Shown here one piece after another: positions 57,558 through 64,000 of a stretch of DNA of 64,000 nucleotides. The stretch comes from Escherichia phage inny. The stretch is from sequence record MN850601.1, one strand, 5' to 3'. The notes beneath the pieces were generated by a model that was given only the letters and a program-made list of their open reading frames with translations, was not told where the DNA came from and made no database searches. The position numbers were made by a program, and so were the translations under genes. Positions within the stretch are counted from its first letter, which is position 1; every line of letters starts with the position of its first letter.

Positions 57558-58109
57558 ATGCAAAACATCGATCTGACTTGGATAGAAGCCAAAGAAGCAA
57601 TGTTAAAAGGCAAACGCGTTAAACATAAATACTTCTGCGAAGGAGAATGGTTTGAAATGTGTAACCGATCCATTGTAGATGAAAAAGGGAATGACATGCA
57701 ACAATGGTTCAAAAATGAAATTTGGCAGGGAACAGGTTGGTCTATAGTTGAAGAGCAGCCTAGCTCAAGCGCACTGTTTAGCCCTATTATGTATCGCGTT
57801 ATCGGTGCTTTAGTTGTTGATCACGGGATTGCAGTGGAAAAAGAATGCTGGGAAGAGGTATCTTTTTTCAACCTGGCTTCTTATGCAAAAAGCCATATGC
57901 ACTTGTTTGAAGAAGGGGATGAATTTGTTCTTCGTATGCGATATGGCAAAGAATTCAGATTACCACTTGATAACGATGTAGACACTGTTGTAAAATGGTT
58001 AGCAGAGCATTACGCTTACGATGCAATTTGTGGTCGCAGCTTCGGCAACGAACGCTGGGACATGATTTGTGAAAAATATGATTTTGAGCCGGAGTACGGA
58101 GTTTTATAA
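57558..58109 (+). CDS. hypothetical protein (start at ATG with GAGAGGAG RBS)
   Basis: ORF 57459..58109 trimmed to ATG at 57558. Confidence 0.45.
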   Translation: MQNIDLTWIEAKEAMLKGKRVKHKYFCEGEWFEMCNRSIVDEKGNDMQQWFKNEIWQGTGWSIVEEQPSSSALFSPIMYRVIGALVVDHGIAVEKECWEEVSFFNLASYAKSHMHLFEEGDEFVLRMRYGKEFRLPLDNDVDTVVKWLAEHYAYDAICGRSFGNERWDMICEKYDFEPEYGVL

Positions 58110-58360
58110 TGTTAAGTATCAAACCTAAAATGATAACAGAAGACGAAGCAGACTTTATTTTCAAATGTGGACGTGTATGGAGAGAATTCACAAAAGGGAA
58201 TGAAGTGGTGGTTGTTGTCGAACACAAGATATCTATCCAGGATCTGTTTGGACAATATGTTGATGTTATTAAATTAGGTATTGACAAGGGTTTAGTTGAG
58301 GTGTTAACATTAGATCAAGTTGAAGCAGAGCACCTCGACAAAGTAGTGGTTGAATTTTAA
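58109..58360 (+). CDS. hypothetical protein
   Basis: 83 aa; TAATG coupling. Confidence 0.4.
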   Translation: MLSIKPKMITEDEADFIFKCGRVWREFTKGNEVVVVVEHKISIQDLFGQYVDVIKLGIDKGLVEVLTLDQVEAEHLDKVVVEF

Positions 58361-58380
58361 AATACAGATGGGAGAAAGGT

Positions 58381-58554
58381 ATGAGTTTCTTTGTTACAGT
58401 ATTTATGGCTATCTGGATTGTAGTCTCACTCGTTCTTTTCCTGGTGGGTTGTCTGGAAGAGATTAAGAAAGCGGTTATTTGCGGTTTCTTTGGCTTTATT
58501 ATCTCTCCTGCCTGGATGTGGTTCTTCATTATGATTGGTTTCCTTAAAAGGTAA
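58381..58554 (+). CDS. small membrane protein (not in ORF track)
   Basis: 57-aa ORF MSFFVTVFMAIWIVVSLVLFLVGC... with GGAGAAAGGT RBS. Confidence 0.3.
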   Translation: MSFFVTVFMAIWIVVSLVLFLVGCLEEIKKAVICGFFGFIISPAWMWFFIMIGFLKR

Positions 58555-58568
58555 GTGAGGAATAAAGA

Positions 58569-59006
58569 ATGAGTAAAACAAACGCAATCGCAGATAAAGC
58601 AACTGATGTACTTCTGAACATGGTTAACGTCACTATTCAAACAATGAGTGATGTTGTAGAGTTTGGAAAACAACAAATTCCAGAAGTAATTCATCAATTA
58701 TTAATGTGGAAAGCAGTATCCGCAGGTTTATGGCAACTTTTTAGTATTTGCTTTATGTTTATTACTTTTATTGTTGTGCGGAACCTCATAAAAGCAATTA
58801 AAGATAAAGAATGTCTGTGGTCACGAGATCGCTATGGTGAGGTATCTGCTTTGCCTATTGTTGGTCTTGTTGTCTGTGCTTTCTTTTTCTTTTTAGGATT
58901 TGTTATTTTCTTTTCGAATTTCGATTGGCTAAAAATTATTATTGCACCAAAAGTGTATCTGATTGAATTTGCTGCTGATTTAATTCGTTCATCTCAACAA
59001 AGATAA
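58569..59006 (+). CDS. membrane protein
   Basis: 145 aa with two or three hydrophobic helices; GAGGAATAAAGA RBS. Confidence 0.45.
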   Translation: MSKTNAIADKATDVLLNMVNVTIQTMSDVVEFGKQQIPEVIHQLLMWKAVSAGLWQLFSICFMFITFIVVRNLIKAIKDKECLWSRDRYGEVSALPIVGLVVCAFFFFLGFVIFFSNFDWLKIIIAPKVYLIEFAADLIRSSQQR

Positions 59007-59018
59007 AAGGGGTTTAAA

Positions 59019-60146
59019 ATGAAATACACGATTTATGGTGATATTGTAAGTGTAAATAAAGATATGGGCGTGGAATCTAACTATCTTCCACCTGGATTCT
59101 ATACTGTTAGTCGTGATCCCCTTGGCAATTACTTTTTAAGCCGTGGTAATCTAACAGGTGTACCGGATGTTCTGTATGGTGAAACAGAAAAACGAGCAAA
59201 TCACGTTATTCGTACATTCCATCGCCGGAGTGCACAAGGTAAAAACACAGGTTTGCTCCTGACAGGCACTAAGGGCAGTGGTAAAACTATGTTAGCCAAA
59301 CTCATTAGTCGTGACCTTGTAGAAGAAGGTATTCCAACTATTATGGTTACTCAAGCCTACAGCGATGCTAATTTCATTGAACTTATTAGCAAGATCACCG
59401 ACAAAGCAGTGATTATTTTTGACGAGTTTGATAAAGTATATGAGAAGAAACAAGATCAAGAAGCACTTCTCACTTTGTTAGATGGTACTGGCAGTGGTAA
59501 TAAACTGTTTATTCTAACTAAAAACAGTGGCTTTATCTCTGAATTCTTTCTAAATCGTCCTAGTCGTGTGTTTTATAATTTTAATTATGATAAAATCTCA
59601 CTAGAAACTATGATTGACTATTTAGATAAAAACCTGGATAACAAAGCACACTTTGATAATTTCCAAAGGCTTTGGGATGTAAGTTTAGAGTTGTCCTTTG
59701 ATGTGATCCAAGGTATAGTAGAAGAACTTAATTTCTACCCTGATTTATCCTTTAAAGAATGCATCTCTATGATGGGCGTTTCTTTGGGTGGTGGTAATAA
59801 GTGGGATATCAGCAGCGTTGTTATTAATGGGAAACTTCAGAAAGTTAGCTGGGTATCTAGTTGGCATAACTTCACACCTGCAATCTTTTTAGGTGGCTCG
59901 TGCACACTAGACGTGTACTTGTCATCTCCAAGTGATGCAGACTCTAAAGAAGCCCTTGCTAATAGCTCTTACGTGGTTTTTGATGATGAAGGAGATGCTC
60001 GAATTCCATTGAATGCGACAAAAATGAAAGCAGATCTTATTACAGGCGGTAAAATCGTTGTGTTTAGTGATGATCCAGAAGATTCTTTCCGTATTGTTCT
60101 GGAACCAACTATCACCAATGGTGCAACTTTGGCAAGCGTGTTTTAA
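59019..60146 (+). CDS. AAA+-type ATPase, paralog B
   Basis: 375 aa; Walker A GTKGSGKT, Walker B VIIFDEFDK, LFILTKNS; colinear with 42313..43473 over the first ~250 residues. Confidence 0.6.
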   Translation: MKYTIYGDIVSVNKDMGVESNYLPPGFYTVSRDPLGNYFLSRGNLTGVPDVLYGETEKRANHVIRTFHRRSAQGKNTGLLLTGTKGSGKTMLAKLISRDLVEEGIPTIMVTQAYSDANFIELISKITDKAVIIFDEFDKVYEKKQDQEALLTLLDGTGSGNKLFILTKNSGFISEFFLNRPSRVFYNFNYDKISLETMIDYLDKNLDNKAHFDNFQRLWDVSLELSFDVIQGIVEELNFYPDLSFKECISMMGVSLGGGNKWDISSVVINGKLQKVSWVSSWHNFTPAIFLGGSCTLDVYLSSPSDADSKEALANSSYVVFDDEGDARIPLNATKMKADLITGGKIVVFSDDPEDSFRIVLEPTITNGATLASVF

Positions 60147-60163
60147 GTAAGCCAGCAAATAAA

Positions 60164-60186
60164 AACCCGCTCCGGCGGGTTTTCTT
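60164..60186 (+). terminator. rho-independent terminator
   Basis: AAAAACCCGC-TCC-GGCGGGTTTTCTTGTAT. Confidence 0.6.
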
Positions 60187-60220
60187 GTATTGATGCCAGA
60201 TTTAATAAGAGGAGTAATAG

Positions 60221-61393
60221 ATGACAGCACCAAAATCATGGGAACAATATAAAGAAGAATTAACACCCCTTGCTAAAAATCGCAATATTCAAATCCGGGG
60301 TTATGTTGGTGAATGGAAAGGGAACAAGACTAAACTTAAGCTATCTTGCCCTAAACATGGAGAGTGGAACACCACGAACATTAATGATTTTAAGAAGGGA
60401 CGTGGTTGTCCTATCTGTTCTGGTAAGAAGCCGTTAACATGGGAAACAGAATTGCCGATCTTGGAAGAGATAGCACAGAAGAGGGGGTATCAGGTGTTAG
60501 GGTACGTGGGAGAATGGAAAGGGAATAAAACAAAACTTGATTTGTTGTGTCATTGTGGTAATAAATGGGATACTACAAGTATTAACAATTTTAAACGTGG
60601 TAGCGGTTGTCCACAATGTAAGAGGGAGAGACAAACAATGTCCGACGATCAACATATTGCAGATTTCTTTTCTACAGGGGAATTTAAGGAAGGCACTATC
60701 TTCACCAATACAGGGAAACGTAACAAGCGTGATGCAGTATGGATGGTTGAGTGTCCTGTTTGCTCCCATGATGAATATGTTCAAGCAGGTGTTTGTGATG
60801 GTAAATTTTACTCTGCAGGACATAACCTTAAACAAGGGTATATTCCGTGTCGTTGTGGGAACTATCAGTATACAGAAGACCAGATCACCTATAGGGTAAA
60901 AAAGGAAGTAGAAGGGAAAGGGTATGTCTGGGTAGATTGGATTACCAAACCCTCTTCTATAGGTAAGTTTAAATATCTTTGTCTTGTGCATGGTGAGCAG
61001 ATAGGGAGTGCTCGTAATTTATTAAGCCTCGGTCAAGGTTGTCCACAGTGTGCTGGTCATAATCAACAGCAATTATATATTAATATTGTTAAAGATAATG
61101 ATATTATAGTTGCTCTTAAGTTTGGTATATCTAAAGATAGCGATAGACGATTAAACGGTCAAAATAGCCGTAATCTGTTTTTTATGGAGCGTATTTGTTT
61201 ATATGATTTTAGCACAGTGAAACAATGTAGGGCTGCTGAAAGAGCTATAAAGAAAAAATTAAAAACTGGTATTTTAACGGCAAGAGAGTTGAAAGATGGT
61301 TATACAGAAACAGTAAGTGTTTCTGATTTGGAAAATCTTCAAAAAATTATTACACAATATGGTGGCAAATTAGTATACAGTAAGGAGATGTAA
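60221..61393 (+). CDS. zinc-ribbon repeat protein with C-terminal T5orf172/GIY-YIG-like region (tentative)
   Basis: Repeated module Y(V/L)GEWKGNKTKL..C..HG.W.TT.IN.FK.G.GCP.C three times (CPIC, CPQC, CPQC); C-terminus IVALKFGISKDSDRRL. Confidence 0.5.
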   Translation: MTAPKSWEQYKEELTPLAKNRNIQIRGYVGEWKGNKTKLKLSCPKHGEWNTTNINDFKKGRGCPICSGKKPLTWETELPILEEIAQKRGYQVLGYVGEWKGNKTKLDLLCHCGNKWDTTSINNFKRGSGCPQCKRERQTMSDDQHIADFFSTGEFKEGTIFTNTGKRNKRDAVWMVECPVCSHDEYVQAGVCDGKFYSAGHNLKQGYIPCRCGNYQYTEDQITYRVKKEVEGKGYVWVDWITKPSSIGKFKYLCLVHGEQIGSARNLLSLGQGCPQCAGHNQQQLYINIVKDNDIIVALKFGISKDSDRRLNGQNSRNLFFMERICLYDFSTVKQCRAAERAIKKKLKTGILTARELKDGYTETVSVSDLENLQKIITQYGGKLVYSKEM

Positions 61394-61945
61394 ATGCGGA
61401 TTACTGATAAGTATGTGTTCTTCTTCTCGGCAAAAGATGAATTTAGCAACTGGTATCTATCATCTTTTATTGAACCTTTAGCTCCCAAGTATAATAATTC
61501 TATTACAAGTTCTGTTGAATTTACTTGTGTGGAACAATATATGATGTGGAGAAAAGCATGTTTGTTTTATGATTACAACATTGCATCTTCTATTTTAACC
61601 GGAGATCTAAGATATACAGGAGAAAAAGAACAGGCATATTATAAGCGACTAGGTAGATTAGTTAAAGATTACGATGAAGCTACTTGGACTTCTTTACGGG
61701 AGAAGATTGTCAAGCGTGGTTTGTATCTTAAATACACACAAAATGAAGATCTCAAAAATAAACTTATCGCTTACGCAGATAAGGAGTTCGTAGAGGCAAG
61801 CCCTTATGATTCTATTTATGGTATCAAAATGGGAATGTGGGATCGTGATGTGGAAAATAAGGACTGTTGGAAAGGACAAAATCTTTTAGGAAAATGGCAT
61901 ACAGACCTTGCTGTTTATCTAAAAGCACAATCTGATATTTCCTGA
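61394..61945 (+). CDS. NADAR-domain protein (YbiA/DUF1768-like)
   Basis: 183 aa; FFFSAKDEFSNWY, EQYMMWRKA, LVKDYDEATW, EFVEASPYDSIYGIKMG and GQNLLGK are colinear with E. coli YbiA; TAAATG coupling. Confidence 0.8.
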   Translation: MRITDKYVFFFSAKDEFSNWYLSSFIEPLAPKYNNSITSSVEFTCVEQYMMWRKACLFYDYNIASSILTGDLRYTGEKEQAYYKRLGRLVKDYDEATWTSLREKIVKRGLYLKYTQNEDLKNKLIAYADKEFVEASPYDSIYGIKMGMWDRDVENKDCWKGQNLLGKWHTDLAVYLKAQSDIS

Positions 61946-62160
61946 TATTTTGAAAATTTTTATTTTTATAAAAAGGGGTGTGGGTTTCATGTACGGAAAT
62001 CCACCCTCTGAATAATATATCCAGAGTAAATATTATTCTGTACTCTGTTAATAAAGTATTTAATTTGTTTGTTTGACTATGGTATCTGATCTTTAAAAGA
62101 CATACTATCTCTTAACTACTACTTATAACAGAACAGTAAAATCATTTTTATAAAAAGTAC

Positions 62161-62365
62161 AAAATTATTTAAAGTTTTTACAGATTTTTGGGTACAAATT
62201 TTGAAAATGAAAAGTTCAAGTTTGGTCAAAATTATTTAAAGTTTTTGTACGTATTTCTGTCCAGATTTTGAAAATGAAAACTTCAATTTTTTAAAAATTC
62301 CCCAGTTTATTTAAAGTTTTTTTGCCTTTTTCCGTAGAAAAATCAAAAATGAAAAGTTCAATTTC
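62161..62365. repeat. three imperfect tandem direct repeats (~67-78 bp period)
   Basis: Each unit holds ATTATTTAAAGTTTTT and GAAAATGAAAAGTTCAA cores (units at about 62161, 62228, 62306); AT-rich, no ORF. Confidence 0.6.
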
Positions 62366-62385
62366 GTGTTTTTATAGGTGTGTTA

Positions 62386-62497
62386 ATGAGAATCATTTTC
62401 GTTTGTAAATGAGAATCATTATCATTTAACTATGTAAGTGATAATCATTCTCAGTAAGAGAATGAGAATCATTAGCAAATGAGAATTTTCTCATTTA
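62386..62497. promoter_or_regulatory. array of Fur-box-like palindromes (candidate iron-responsive operator cluster)
   Basis: AATGAGAATCATT at 62386, 62409 and 62462, GATAATCATTCTC at 62441 and AATGAGAA-TT-TTCTCATT at 62480; 62409..62425 matches the Fur box core at 15 of 16 positions. Confidence 0.5.
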
Positions 62498-62731
62498 GAG
62501 AATAACGCGCAGGGGCGGTGTTTGTCTCGCGCTCCCGTGTCCCCTCGCCATACAATAAGAATAGCATAACCAACAACAAAAGCAAGCGATTATTTTTATC
62601 TTTACATTTCTTTACAAATTTATTTTAGACGAGCTACCGGCGATCAACCTTCCAACCAGTGCCCCCTGGTATGTTAGCCCCGCCTTTACGCCGTGGGGGT
62701 GGCGTTTCCTCTTCTGTATGTAAAACAGTAT

Positions 62732-62750
62732 AAGCCCGATCCCTGGGCTT
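62732..62750. terminator. bidirectional hairpin terminator
   Basis: AAGCCC-GATCCCT-GGGCTT; T-rich on plus side (ATTATTTTTTGTTTT) and directly downstream of minus-strand ORF 62758..63024. Confidence 0.45.
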
Positions 62751-62757
62751 GTCAAGA

Positions 62758-63024
62758 TTATTTTTTGTTTTCTTGCCAGGATAGGACACCTAACCAAAAA
62801 TACATGTCGCCCCGCGCCCCTGGCGGGATCTTGCTTTCCCCGCCGCCACTACAAGCCCATAGATAACCATTAGCGAACGGATCAAAATGATCTATTTCTT
62901 CCACCTTATGATCGCCCAGGTTGAGAACGGTTTCAACCTTTAAGCCCGTTGCGCTTGCTACCTGGTGCACCGTGCCGCCTTGCCAGCCTAATGAGTGCAT
63001 GAGGTGTAGAGTAGTATTTGTCAT
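62758..63024 (-). CDS. hypothetical protein in GC-richer segment
   Basis: 88 aa; AAGG-type RBS; codon usage visibly GC-richer than the phage core. Confidence 0.4.
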   Translation of the reverse strand: MTNTTLHLMHSLGWQGGTVHQVASATGLKVETVLNLGDHKVEEIDHFDPFANGYLWACSGGGESKIPPGARGDMYFWLGVLSWQENKK

Positions 63025-63137
63025 GGTATCGCCCTTTCTTTGATGTGCGCCCTGGTTGGCGCGGTAGAAAGATAATAGCCCTTTCCTTTATAGATAGCAA
63101 GCAAAAAAAAGAAATGAAAAAAAGATTAAAAAAGGGG

Positions 63138-63166
63138 TTGACGTTCCTCACCTGGTAGCGTATTAT
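63138..63166 (+). promoter_or_regulatory. candidate sigma70 promoter
   Basis: TTGACG, 17-nt spacer, TATTAT, preceded by A-rich tract. Confidence 0.4.
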
Positions 63167-63293
63167 TCATCTTGTCGAGGGGGGCGAGGCACAACGACAA
63201 TAAACAAAAGGAGGGCGCAATGTAGGACGGGCAAAGGTGAGGATCTCCATAATCCACCGTCACAATAACATTACTTATAAAAGGTTGATAACG

Positions 63294-63389
63294 ATGATCA
63301 AGAAAGAAAACAGCTTGACGGTTGGAACGATTAACGCTATCATTCTTGCCGTTCCATTTTGGATTGTAGTTGCGGTTATTATTTTTTAA
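63294..63389 (+). CDS. small hydrophobic peptide (not in ORF track)
   Basis: 31-aa ORF MIKKENSLTVGTINAIILAVPFWIVVAVIIF with AAGG upstream. Confidence 0.3.
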   Translation: MIKKENSLTVGTINAIILAVPFWIVVAVIIF

Positions 63390-63397
63390 AAATATTC

Positions 63398-63425
63398 TTG
63401 ACAACGTTTTTTAATCTGATAAGAT
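63398..63425 (+). promoter_or_regulatory. candidate strong sigma70 promoter
   Basis: TTGACA, 16-nt spacer, TAAGAT, about 50 nt upstream of ATG at 63478. Confidence 0.45.
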
Positions 63426-63477
63426 GTATCACATAGGGCGGCAATAGTGCCGCTCATAACAGAAGAGAGAAATAATC

Positions 63478-63750
63478 ATGGCATCATATAGCGCATCAAT
63501 GATCGTAATGGGCATCACTGGTAAACCTATGCGCGGTGGCGGATCTTTCGCTAACATCAATATTGATGGGCGTTTATCCCTGGATGCAGCGATCACCGTG
63601 GCACGGGAAACATTTAAAAAAGAATGTAATTTCAATAAACAAGATTATCTCGGTTTCGCTATTGAAAAAACCGCGCGATTTGTGGATTATAAAAGCCCGA
63701 AAATGATCGACACTACACTAAAAGCGCAAGATGTAGCGTTTTTGCTTTAA
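63478..63750 (+). CDS. hypothetical protein
   Basis: 90 aa; GAGAGAAATAATC RBS; downstream of TTGACA promoter. Confidence 0.45.
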   Translation: MASYSASMIVMGITGKPMRGGGSFANINIDGRLSLDAAITVARETFKKECNFNKQDYLGFAIEKTARFVDYKSPKMIDTTLKAQDVAFLL

Positions 63751-63753
63751 GTC

Positions 63754-63781
63754 TTGACACTGAAAAATAATTTGGTAATAT
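63754..63781 (+). promoter_or_regulatory. candidate strong sigma70 promoter
   Basis: TTGACA, 16-nt spacer, TAATAT, about 55 nt upstream of ATG at 63839. Confidence 0.4.
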
Positions 63782-63838
63782 ATACTCCATAAGGCGGGAA
63801 ATGGTTTCCCGCCAGGCCATCAAAGAAAGGGTAACACA

Positions 63839-64000
63839 ATGAGCAAGCAAATCAATACTATCATGTTAAACCTGGTATCTTTCCGCGACGACGTGAAAAA
63901 TCTTCCACGTGATGCAGTGGATGCACGGATCGAAAGCTATCGCTCACAGATCGCAACGCTACCGCTAAAACGTGATCAACATGCCGCTAATATGATGCTT
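63839..64000 (+). CDS. hypothetical protein, 3' partial (runs off window end)
   Basis: ATG at 63839 with AAAGGG RBS; frame open to window end. Confidence 0.4.
   Translation, partial: MSKQINTIMLNLVSFRDDVKNLPRDAVDARIESYRSQIATLPLKRDQHAANMML

Noticed and set aside
61946-61995. Rho-independent terminator right after the NADAR gene
   Set aside because: Only a weak 5-bp stem (GGGTG...CACCC) with a 21-nt loop is present; not convincing.
62161-62497. CRISPR array
   Set aside because: Repeat units are long and AT-rich, spacing is irregular, the palindromic units differ from one another and no cas genes are present; better explained as iterons/promoters and operator sites.
62500-63100. Possible tRNA genes in the GC-rich structured region
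   Set aside because: No T-loop consensus (GGTTCRANTCC-like) or cloverleaf-spaced stems could be found by eye; would need a tRNA scanner to exclude fully.
62612-63404. Minus-strand ORFs 62612..62797, 62933..63151 and 63126..63404 in the GC-richer segment
   Set aside because: They overlap the hairpin terminator, the 88-aa gene or plus-strand promoters, lack an RBS and give low-complexity Ser/Arg/Asn-rich peptides; probably artefacts of GC-rich sequence.
1-64000. Integrated prophage with integrase or attachment sites
   Set aside because: No integrase, repressor/Cro pair or excisionase signatures were recognised; gene content (own polymerase, primase-helicase, NrdDG, multiple RBPs) fits a virulent phage. 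The GC-richer end is flagged as a finding instead.

Overview
This window reads as a contiguous slice of a large virulent tailed-phage genome with a myovirus-type baseplate module. AAGGAG-type ribosome-binding sites, sigma70-like promoters and Fur-box-like operators suggest an enterobacterial host. All calls below come from reading motifs by eye in the supplied ORF translations and DNA; no database search or computation was run, and ORF starts were adjusted by eye using RBS and stop/start overlaps. The window has three strand blocks. (i) Plus strand, 1 to 18.9 kb: structural genes, including a gpV-like spike, gp25/W-like wedge, J-like and I-like baseplate proteins, two large baseplate-embedded proteins, and four distinct receptor-binding proteins. 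(ii) Minus strand, 18.9 to 57.4 kb: an orphan DNA methyltransferase, SSB, family A DNA polymerase, T7 gp4-like primase-helicase, four glycosyltransferases, a SleB-like hydrolase, a Ter-type cluster (TerD, vWA, TelA, TerC) followed by an overlapping macro/PRTase/HAD cassette, an AAA+ ATPase, NrdG/NrdD, a YqeY protein, a UvrD-like helicase and many small unknown genes. (iii) Plus strand, 57.5 to 61.9 kb: a second AAA+ paralog, a zinc-ribbon repeat protein and a NADAR protein. The last 2 kb holds tandem direct repeats, an array of Fur-box-like palindromes, a GC-richer hairpin-rich segment, and strong sigma70-like promoters driving small genes. The most interesting candidates for an undescribed system are the phage-borne Ter-like module with its macro-PRTase-HAD cassette, and the pairing of two ADP-ribose-processing domains (macro and NADAR).
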